Position numbers and translations under genes: made by a program. Under the pieces are notes generated by a model. That model did not search any database. It was not told the origin of the DNA and worked only from the letters and a program-made list of their open reading frames with translations. From the NCBI GenBank assembly GCA_964234715.1, contig OZ174281.1: a stretch of 64,000 bases of DNA, one strand, 5' to 3'. Source of the DNA: Podarcis melisellensis (taxonomy: Eukaryota). Positions 40,615-51,452 of the stretch are shown one piece after another; position 1 is the first letter of the stretch, and each line of letters begins with the position of its first letter.

Positions 40615-43050
40615 CCCATCAGAGGGACTCTGCAAAACACTGCCTGCCTGCTCAAAGGCAAGCATGCTTTCTGCTGTAGTGGAATGACTGAAAGGTTTAA
40701 CAAAAAAGAATTCGCCCTGTTCAGACATTGGAGAGAGACAAGACTTGTAGTGCTGAGCTCCAGCTCCGCCCACTTCAAGGTATCTGATAAAGCCTTCGGG
40801 ATGTGGGCGCCCAGTGAAATTTATGGTGGATTTCCTGTCTGTCCTCTTACTACAGCAGTGTGACATGAACCAGCTGGGGACACAGAGGCCAGATCTGAAG
40901 CACCTGGCCCCCACAATAACCAACATTACACAAGAGACCAGAGAGATGGCCACAAGAGAGATGATAAGGTAGAGAGTTAGGCTGGGGGCTCTGGAAGGTG
41001 ATTTGGGGAGAAGGTCCAAGGACTTGGAAAAGTCCTGCACAGCATTATCCTCTGAGGAAATCACAAGAACCAGTGAGGCTGAGAGAGACGGCACTCCATT
41101 GTCTCTTACTTCTATCACCAACCTGTGGGACACCCCGGGCTCCCTCAATGCCCGAACAGCCCGGATCTCTCCTGAGTGGCGTTCCACTTTGAACGGGGTG
41201 GCTTCATTGGCATCCTGAAGCAAACTATAGGACAGCCAAGCATTGTGGCCACTGTCAGCATCCACAGCCACCACTTTGGTCACCAGGAATCCAGGTTCCA
41301 CCGGGAGCAGAACTGGCTGGTGAAAGGCAGAGCCCTTGGAGACTTGCGGGTGCACAATCACCGGGGCGTTGTCGTTCTGGTCCACAACAAACAAGTGAAG
41401 AGTGGCTGTGCTGCTCAGGGGTGGGAAACCCGAATCCTTCACCTCCACTGCAACTTGAAAGACTTTCTCTTGCTCATAGTCAAGCATCCTGGATGTGTAA
41501 ATGCTGCCATTCTCTTGGTTGATGTGGAAATAGGTCGAAATGGGTAAGCCATGATTTCCATTGTCCAGAATGGAATAAGACAGCTTGGAGTTGACACCTG
41601 CATCCGGATCTGAGGCTGACAGAGAAAAAACTAGAGTCCCAGGGGAAGTATTTTCCTCCACATGGGCAGTGTATGAAGGGATGGAGAAAGTGGGTGCATT
41701 GTCATTGACATCTGAGACTTGAATAAATATGTTTTTGTGGGTGGATTTTTGAGGCATCCCAGAATCTGTTGCTTTAATTGTGATATTATATCCAGCAGCC
41801 TTCTCTCGGTCCAGGGGCCCATTGGTCACCAGTGAATAATGTCCCTTAAAGGAAGACACCAGTTTGAACGGGATGTGCCTGGTAATCTCCAAGTGGACTT
41901 GCCCATTTTCCTCAGAGTCGTTGTCCTTTGCTTGGATCAGGGCAATGACTGTTCCTGTGGGTGCATCTTCTTGCACTGGGCTAGAGAGGGAGGTCAGCAT
42001 AATCTCTGGGCGGTTGTCATTGACATCAACAAGTTCCACTCTGATGTTGCAGTGACCCTCCATGGCAGGGGACCCCTTGTCTTTTATGTAGATAGCTATC
42101 TCGTAAGCATTGGCTTCTTCGTAGTCCAGCAGAGCTTTGGTCCTGATCTCCCCTGTCTGGGGATCCAAGCTAAATAAGTCAAGGAGCTTCAGAGGTGCGC
42201 TATTGCTGGCTTTGAGGAAATACTCCATCTCTCCATTGGGACCTTCATCTAAGTCCGTAACATTGAGCTTAGTTACGACAGTCCCCACCTGGACATTTTC
42301 CTCCAAATAAACTTTGGACACTGGCGGGTCACACACAGGAGGGTTGTCATTTGCATCCAGGACGTGGACTGTCACCTGGGCAGTCCCAGACTGAACAGGA
42401 TTCCCACTATCCAGAGCTGTCAGGACTAAGTGATGGACAGCGGCTTTTTCCCTGTCTAGAAGCTTCTCCAGCACAATTTCGGGCATTTTGACCCCGTCCC
42501 CCCTGACGTTAATGCTCAAGGCAAAATGTTCGCTTGGGCTAAGCTCATAGGAGGCAATGGAGTTGGAGCCCGTGTCCGGGTCTTCGGCGGCTTCCAGGCG
42601 CAAGCGGGTGCCCGGGTTGGCCACCTCGGTGATTTCCAAGGAAACCCTGTCCTTCGGGAACTTGGGGGCGTTGTCGTTCACGTCCAGGATCTCCACCTCC
42701 ACCCGGTGGAGCTGCAGGGGGTTCTCCAGCACCAGCTGGAGAGGGAAGGAGCACGTGGGGCTGGAGCTACACAGAGCTTCGCGGTCCAGCCTCTCGTGGA
42801 CCAGCAACATGCCGTCGGCGAGGTTGACATGGAAGTAGTGGCGCATCCCGTCGCTGACCAGCTGCAGGCGGCGAGCGGACAAGCTCCGCACGTCCACGCC
42901 TAGGTCCTTCGCCACGTTCCCCACGGAAGAGCCTGGGTCCCGGTCCTCCGGGATGGAGTAGCGAATCTGCGCGGGGATGAGCCCTGGCAGGGACAAGACG
43001 GCAGCCACCAGCGCCAGCAGCTGCCACGACCAGCTCTGCCCGCCGCCCAT
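40615..43050 (-). CDS. Extra C-type protocadherin gamma variable exon 2, last variable exon (812 codons)
   Basis: ATG at 43050 (MGGGQSWSWQLLALVAAVLSLPGLIPAQIRYSIPED), six cadherin repeats, TM, cytoplasmic YKSCLSPMSEQGEFFFVKP. Donor GGG|GTAAGA at 40615/40614, phase 0. Confidence 0.92.
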
Positions 43051-43560
43051 GCCTGGCTCCTTTGCGCGCAAGGATGGCCGTCTCCAGCGGCTGCCTCTGC
43101 TCCAGGTATCCAGCCCGGGGGTGGCCGCCGCTGCCTCCGGACCCCGCCGCAGTCCGGTGCCCCCCGCCCCCCAGGTCTGCTCCTGGCGGCTCCGGGGTGA
43201 CCTGAGAGGTGCTGTGCAGCGGAAAGGCGCGGGCTGCAGCTGGAGAGGCGGGAGGGGGGAGCGGGGGGATTTTAAAGCGCTCGGATCAGCAGCAGCTCAT
43301 TGGCAAAAGGAGCAGCAGAGAAAAGGGGCTGTGAAATGGATACAGACAAGCGGCAATTCCCTCCTCGGCGGCGGCGGCGGCAGCAGCAGCAGAGAAGCCC
43401 CTTCCCCGAAACGCACACACACCCTGCTGCTCCCCCCTCCCCAATCTCTCTTGCCACCAGTTTTCCCTCCCTGCGCTTCCCATTCCTTTCCCAGCGCAGC
43501 AGAGAGATTTGGAGGGCTGACCCAAGGGAGCCATTGGCCAGAAGAGCTCCCTTGATGCCC
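42490..43560 (-). promoter_or_regulatory. CpG island and promoter of the last variable exon
   Basis: CpG-rich 5' exon and upstream region. Minus-strand CCAAT boxes (GCCAATGAGC ~43295-43304; second ~43533) and TATA-like TTTAAAA ~43270. Confidence 0.65.
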
Positions 43561-43914
43561 CTTTGGTGGAAAAGCAGGAATCGAAGGTGCAGAACGCAGA
43601 CAGGGCGAGCTGCTGACGGCAGCTGTAACTCCAGGAGGGGGGAGGGGGCTACTCTACCCTCCTGCAACCTCTTCACTTCAATCCCCTCCCCCCTCCCCTC
43701 CCCTCCCCCCCCCCTCATAAAGAAAGAGAGGAAAATTAGGCACACAAAGCTTTGGAGCAGATAGGTGCAATGTATCACAGCCTATGCTTGAGACCACGCA
43801 TTGATTCCTCACCCCCACCCCAGGCACTTCTCCCAGGTGCAGGGAAACTCAAAGGAAAAGAAAGGTGGTGCCATGGCTGGAACAAAATAGGGACACTACA
43901 TGGAAAATTCTCAC

Positions 43915-46353
43915 CTTGCCAAAGAAGCTGGGTTCAGTGAGATTGCTGCAAGAGGCTGTCCTAAGTGTCAGATTAGGTTTCATGAATACAAATTCGCTAA
44001 TGTCTGAGACAGGAGAAAAGCAGGATCTGTATCCACGGGCAGGGGGTCCAGAAGTGGCCACTTGCACTCCTATCATGGCATCTCCAGGGCTCAGCTGATA
44101 ATGGCAGTGTCCCATCACGTGATCTGAAGCATCTTGAAGCCCACCAGCTTTGCTTCCACAGCATCCAAAGATGGTAGATGTTGCACGTGAATCACGGCGG
44201 AGGCATCGAACTCCCAAGGCCACCAAAGCCATCAGCGAGATGGTGGAAATTGCTGCCAAGGAGATGATAAGGTACACAGTCAATGTGGGAGGTCCCTCAG
44301 TTTCCACTGAGTGAGCTGTTAACCCCAGAAAGGCTTCAGGGCTGCTCTCCTCCAAGAGCACCATCACAGTGACTGAGGTGGACAAGGAAGGATCACCTGA
44401 GTCTTTGACAACCAGGACAAGGTCCTGCGTAGGATTGTCTATGTCCTGTAATGCTCGTGTAGTCCTCACCTCCCCGCTACGGAGGGCCATGCTGAAAATA
44501 CCCGGGTCTGTGGCTTGCTCTACATGGTAAGAGAGCCAAGCATTTCGCCCAGAGTCCAAGTCCACTGCCATAATTTTTGTGATTAAGGCATTGGCTGCAG
44601 TAGATCGTGGAATTCTGAACTGTACAACAGAATCTTTCCCAGTAAAGGGGAATCGAATCCAGGGTGCATTGTCATTCTGATCTAGGAGGTAGATGTGCAC
44701 CATGATTCTGCTGCAGAGAGGAGGGGAGCCACCATCACACGCCTCCACCAGGAACTGAAAATGATTCGTATGCTCGTAATCAAAAGGGCTCTCTGCAAAG
44801 ACATCTCCATTTGTTGGGTTGATGGAGACATAAGAGGTGAGGTCCTCAATCAATCCTTGCCCTGGGCTCGCCAAAACAGAATAAGACAAACGGGAGTTCT
44901 GGTCCTTATCAGAATCTGTTGCAGAAACTCTAAGCAGTACCACTCCCACTGGATTGTTCTCTTCTATGACGGCTTCATAAAATGGCCTGTCAAAATGAGG
45001 TGGGTTGTCATTGACATCTGCCAGAGTTATGGAGAAAGAGGTGTGCTCAGAAAGAGGTGGATTCCCCAAGTCAAAGGCATAGATGGTGACGTTGTATTGC
45101 GGAGTGCTCTCACGATCTAGCTGCTCACTGGTGAGCAAGGAATACTGGTGCTCAAAGTCTTTCCGAAGTTTGAAAGGAAGGTTTCTGGGCAGATCACACC
45201 GGACTTTCCCTTGATCCCCAGAGTCTCTATCCTTGACATGTATCACAGCAACCACAGTGCCAGGAGGCGCATCTTCACCCATAGAGCTGGAGAAAGAGGT
45301 GAGAATAACTTCAGGTGCATTGTCGTTGACATCTGTGACTTCTACCATAACACTGCAGTGTTCCTCCATAGTAGGGGAGCCCATGTCCTTAGCCTCCACT
45401 TCGATCTCATAGACATTAGCCTCTTCAAAATCCAGGTTCCCTTGGACACGGATCTCTCCCGTAGTCTCATTGATAGCAAATATCCTGCGCAAGGCTTCTG
45501 AGTTATGGCTGCTGAGGGAATACCTCACCTCTCCGTTAGGCCCTTCGTCCAAGTCTGTTGCGTTCAGCTTAATCACCAGAGTTCCTGGAGGAGAGTTTTC
45601 TACTAAGCGGGTATAATAAGTAGGTTTGTCAAAAACCGGATGATTATCATTGGCATCCAGAATGTGGACAGCAATTCGAATAGCGCTAGATTTGGGTGAT
45701 ATGCCCCCATCTTCAGCTGTCAGGACCAAGTGGTGGACAGCGATGTGCTCCCTGTCCAGGGGTTTCTCCAGTACTAGCTCTGGGAATTTGGTGCCATCCG
45801 TACGTGCCTTCACGTTGAGGTTGAAGTTCTCATTGGCGCTGAGGTGGTAGGTCTGTAAAGTGTTAGTTCCTACATCTGAATCCTGTGCGTGTGGGATGGG
45901 GAAACGGGCACCCAGTGCAGCCAGTTCATAGATCTGCAGAGATATTGTGCTACTTGAAAACACAGGCGCATTGTCGTTGATATCCAGAATCTCCACTTCG
46001 ATGCGATAGAACTCCACTGGGTTTTCAATCGCAAGTTTGAGATGCAAGAAACAGCGCAGGTTCTGCCCACAGAGCTGCTCCCTGTCTATTCTGTCATTGA
46101 CTATTATGATTCCAGTGTTCACATTCACAGAGAAATACTGGGAGTCAGAATCAGAAAGCACCTGCAGATTGGCAGCTGCAAGCTTTGTCACATCCATTCC
46201 TAAGTCCTTAGCAACATTTCCTACAAAGGCTCCTCGAGTGAGTTCCTCTGGGACAGAGTAACGGATCTGTGCAAAACAGTCACTCAGAAACAGACAGAAG
46301 GCAAAGGCATGCACGAGTCCCAAACGCCAGGCAGAGTTTTCTGTTCTGAGCAT
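43915..46353 (-). CDS. Extra C-type protocadherin gamma variable exon 1, downstream of C5 (813 codons)
   Basis: ATG at 46353 (MLRTENSAWRLGLVHAFAFCLFLSDCFAQIRYSVPEE), six intact cadherin repeats, TM, cytoplasmic YRSCFSPVSDISEFVFMKP. Donor AAG|GTGAGA at 43915/43914, phase 0. Confidence 0.92.
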
Positions 46354-46584
46354 CTTTCTGAAATCCACAGCAGGAAGCTCTAAAACTGCAAAACAGGAGC
46401 TAAATATAGCAGGCAGTATCTCTTTAAACCTCTGGAGGATTCACCACCTATCTCGAAGAAATATGAAATATATGAGAGGAAAAGGGTCTGTGGTCAGTGT
46501 TTACCTCTCTCATTCATTGTTTTGGTTTGAGAGAGATTGACACAGGAGGGGAGTGGTACACACCGCAGATCTTCAATGCTAACC

Positions 46585-46630
46585 TCCTGCTCATTGGCTG
46601 AGGCTGCCTTTCTATTTATCCAATCAGCAG
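46585..46630 (-). promoter_or_regulatory. CCAAT-box promoter of extra exon 1
   Basis: Minus-strand GCCAATGAGC (46589-46598) plus an opposite-strand CCAATC at 46620-46625, about 240-270 nt upstream of the ATG. Confidence 0.5.
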
Positions 46631-47473
46631 CCTCCTTCCCAGGACAGCAACACACGCACCAATCCAAGTCTGGAAGTTGCTACTGTGTGAAAAAGGACCG
46701 CGTAACCTGCTGTTTTTAACCTAGAGACACCAGGCTAAACGGCAGACAATGGAAAACAAAGCCCAAAATCTTGTCTGGTTTTGGCTTCTGTGCTAGCTAT
46801 AGGACTCTTAGAAGCATACGCTGCAAAGAAATGTTTGCTCTAAAAGCACACTGACTCCTCACGTATTACATCCACAACAGAACAGCTGATTTGTCATTTT
46901 TATGAACAAAGATAATTCAATGAATTCTAGGAAACAATAGTTCCTCTTACCCCATCCTAAGCTTCCAGATCAATCTCTTTTAGTTATTTCTAGGCTACCA
47001 AATTAATATCTAGCTTTATTTATTTCAGAAGCCTTAGACTCCACCCTTCCAATGTAAAAACTCAAGGGAGTGATTGGTTTTTCTTAGGGAAAGAAATCTA
47101 ATTGTACGGGGGGGGGGGACTTAGCAGTTGCAAAAATAAGAAGAGCTAGCTTTGTGACAGGCAGCATTTGAAGGATGGTTTTAAATTATCATTTTCTTAT
47201 TGTTCACATCCTAGTTCCAGTCCCTGCTCCCCTACCCACTTTCTCTCATTAAAAGGCAGCAATTTGTGGGAAGAAATCAATGTAATTTTCCCCACTCTCC
47301 TGCTCTCTCTTTCCCAAGGCGTTATGACTATGTGGTGCAGGGTTAAGTTATGAAGAAGGAGGCCCCACCCTATTCTGATAACTGATGAATCAGCCCTCAG
47401 TCAAGTTTCAAAGTGTTACTGGAGACACCAGATTCATGTGGGAAAGGAGAAAAAGGACAAAATGCCACCTCAC

Positions 47474-49924
47474 CTGCCTGGGATGGTTCAGTGTATCAGT
47501 ACGAGATAAGAAAGTGTCAAAGTCTCTCGTCAGAGTACTTGGTTGAGGGTAATCCACAGGCCTCATAAAGGTGAAATCACTTCTGTCCGAGCCGGGAGAA
47601 TAGCTGGCTCTATAGCACTGGCTCTGTGAGTCTGTGGGCCTGAGTGTGACCTCCATGTATTTCAATGTGCCATCTGAGTTCAGTTGAAGCTTAGGGCTGG
47701 ATTGTTTGAAAACATCCCTGGCAGGAGCACCACTCAGGCTGCAGCAAGAAGAACCCCTGGCTTTTTTATTCCGAAAGCATTTTGCAGACAGGATTATGAA
47801 CGTAACGAGGGACACAATGCTAACTGCCACCAGCGCAATAATCAGATAGAGGGTCAGGTCAGATTTTTCTTTGGGGTGAGTCAGGAAATCACGAGACTGG
47901 GGCCTTTCCTCGGTTACTTTATCCTCCAATGAGACCACGATGGTGACGGTGGTAGACAAAGGTGGTTCTCCATTGTCCTTCACTAGTACAAGGATTTTCT
48001 GTGCCGGGAGATCTGTTTCCTGGAACTCCCGAACAGTCCAAATTTCCCCAGTGTAGGGAGCCACTCGGAACAAGGAGGGGTCAGTAGACTGGGGAAGCAA
48101 GGAGTAAGAAAGCCAGGCATTGTGGCCAGAGTCTGCATCCACGGCAGTGACTTTGGTGACCACGTAGCCTGCCGATGCAGACTGAGGGATCCTCTGGATT
48201 GCAGACAGTTCCCGCCCAGTCACTGGGTGCAAAACAACAGGCGTGTTATCATTCTGATCCATTATGAAGAGGTAGACAGTGACACTGGAGCTCAGTTGGG
48301 GTGACCCAGCATCGTGCACCATGATGGGGATTTGCAGCACCTGCAGCATTTCATAGTCAAAAGAGTGCTGGGCATAGACATTCCCATTGTCTGGGTTGAC
48401 GTAAATGAAAGAAGAGACTGGAGCATCTTGAATTGGGCTTCCTGCCACTGAGTACGTGAGCCGGGAATTGTCCTCCTCGTCAGGATCAGAGGCCGCCACA
48501 GTGCATAGCAGAGAGCCAGGTGGATTGTTCTCCTTCAAGAAGGAGTTGTAGAAGGGCTGAGAGAAGTACGGGGCATTGTCATTAACATCTGAAATGTTCA
48601 GCAAGATGGTGACATCTGTGGTTAGAGGTGGGGACCCTGAATCTTGGGCCGTCAACTTGATAGTGTATCGAGAAACTGTTTCTCTATCCAGCTTCTCAGA
48701 GGTAACCAAAGAATAGTGGTTTTCAAAAGATTTAATTTTGAAGGGCAAGTTGGGTGATATTTGTAAGCTCACTTTTCCATTGGCACCTGAATCTTGGTCT
48801 CGCACATTGAAAAGCCCTACCACTGTCTCTAAAGGGGTGTTTTCTGGCACGGGGTTTACCAGAGAGGTAAGGAGAACCTCTGGGGGGTGGTCGTTTTCAT
48901 CTTCAACTTCCACTTGGATTACACAATGGCCTTCCATTTGAGGAATGCCCTTGTCCCTGGCCCTTACATGAAGCTCATAAAAATGAGATTCTTCAAAATC
49001 CACAACTCCTTGGACACGGATCTCACCTGTGTGGGGATCCAAGCCAAACAACTTCTGGATGGAATCAGGTGTGTGGATTCCAAAGGAATACTGTATTTCC
49101 CCATTAGAACCTGCATCAGGGTCAGTTGCATTAAGTCTGAAAAGCAAAGAGCCTACAGGGATGTTCTCCGAAAATCTTATCTTGTACAAAGGAAGGTCAA
49201 ATGCAGGCTCATTATCATTATTATCCAGGACCACAATGGTGATCAGAGCTGTTCCTGACAGTACAGGATCCCCCCCATCACAGGCAGTCAGGATGAGCTG
49301 GTGTTCCGATTGTTGCTCTCGGTCCAAAGGTTGCTCTAGCACCAGCTCAGGTAAAAGCTTGCCATCGTTCACATTCTTTACATTAAGTGAGAAGTGGGGG
49401 TTGGGGCTGAGTCGGTAGACACTGACTGCATTGGTCCCCACGTCCGCATCATGAGCGCTCTCCAGTGGAAAGCGAGACCCTGTGGCGGCAGACTCTGCTA
49501 TCCTCAGCACAAGCTTGGGGGTGAGGAAACCGGGGGAATTGTCATTTAAGTCCAGGATCTCTACCTCCAGGTGAAAGAGCTCCAAGGGATTTTCTATGAC
49601 TACTTGGATTGGCAAAATGCACCCCGAGCTTGCTCCACACAGGGTCTCTCGGTCTATCTTTTCATTCACTATCAGAGCACCGTTGGCCAAGTTAACGGCA
49701 AAGTACCTCTTGCTCTCCTCAGAGCCCAGCCTCAGCCTGCGACGAGAAAGGTCTGCCACCGTTAAGCCCAAGTCCTGAGCCACCTTTCCCACCACGGTGC
49801 CCAGCTCCGATTCCTCCACCACGGAATAGTGGATCTGTCCTGTAACCAACGCCCGGCTGAACAGCAAAAACAAACCCAGTACTTGCCATTTGAAAGAGGG
49901 TTGCCGGGACAAATGTGGCTCCAT
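47474..49924 (-). CDS. PCDHGC5: Protocadherin gamma-C5 variable exon (817 codons)
   Basis: Strong match to human C5 from memory: KWQVL signal, YSVVEESE.GT, GTVVGLFNVRD-like stretch, PPGSLLCTVAASDPD, LLPQST.P, SDLTLYLI.AL, KQSSP.LQ..SDGTLKYMEVTLRPTDSQS.CYR. Donor CAG|GTGAGG at 47474/47473, phase 0. Confidence 0.95.
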
Positions 49925-51452
49925 TTCAGAAAAAAGTCCCCTTCCAGAAGGAGTCTTTGTGATATCCCAGGGATAAGGAGGCTCCAGGACCTGGACGAAT
50001 GCTGTTTTTTAAATCCCTCGGTATTTCCTTCCAAATGAGTTAAAGTAGCTTTTGAGCTTGCCTAGCTGCAGCAACAGAATGTTAGTCAGAGAGTTGAGGG
50101 GGTGGATTGGGGGAGGGAAGCTGAATTACAGCCATAGCGACGGAGGAGGAAAGTCGAGGCAGAAAGAGCTGATCCCCCCTCCCCCCAAAATCTGGATCAG
50201 CACCTGACTAGATGACAGCTCCATCCACTCTCCACCAGTGGCAAGTCCACCTACACTCTTAAAGCTGCTGCAGCACATGAAGTTGGGAGACCAGGAGTGA
50301 TCACCCCCATACCTCAACCCTAAATGTAACCAAGAGGCTGGTTTGCCACTGGTTTTGGCAGCTAAGTTTAGCAGCTCAGATTCTTGTTCTCAAGGAAACA
50401 GCACGTCCGGGAAGCATGAACGGTACAAATCCTCATTGTTCACATTAGCTAGATTCATTCCATCTCATCTGAACAAAAGACAAACTCTCAGCTGTAGGGG
50501 ATACAGAATCATAGTCTCTCTGGCGAACAACTGGTCTGATTTTTCACTTGCAGTGAAAAAGGTATTTGTTACAGTCGAAAAGAGGAAAGATAGGGAGAAA
50601 CTCTCACAGAAAGTGCTTTAGCATTTTGCAACGCAGCTTCAATAAATGCATTTAAAACTCTTAGTCATTACCAAGGCAAAACAGACCCTTTCAGAATGTT
50701 CATTTTCAAATGCAGACATGGGAACCTCCACCACACAGTGAAGAATGCACAATCTTCAAAATTGCTTAAGGCCTCCCAGCTCTATTCATTGGCCTTTCCA
50801 AAATTAGAACACCACAATCAATGCAGCAGTATTTCTAAGTAGAACCATTGTAACCCAAAGACCATGGTGTGGCTTTGAATGTCAGAGACCCACATACCAA
50901 GTAGTTTTTAAGCTGTGGTGTTAAGGCACTTTCCAATAATGCGACACCCAAGTACAGATTCACAGAACTGTGATGGACTCAGTGAGTGGACCATTTTTCT
51001 TAAGATGGGGTGCCTCATTCTTGATGCACTCCCGACTTATGATCCTTAGCACTTTTTCTTTCCCCCTTTTCCACCAAGCTTTCAAAAACACCAGAAAAAC
51101 AAATATTTGACAACCTCCGCTGGAAAATCATTTAACTGCTGGATTTATTTTTCGGTTAGAAACTTTTTGCTGCTTGTTAACCTAAATCTAAGTACCAGTA
51201 GTTTAAAAGCATTACTTCTTGCCAAATATCCACAGGGTGAACAACTGCTAATCTTCCCAAGCTTCTTCTAAAATAGCCTATCTCCTTGAAGAATCTCAAA
51301 TCCAACAAAATGCTTTTTAATTTACAAACTGACCACCTTAACACAAAGGCTGCCTGACATTGCCATTGCATCTGTGACCTTATCTCTGGAGATTGTTACA
51401 GAATCACAGGGTGCTACATGACATAGTTATAGAACAGTATTTCATGCCTCAC

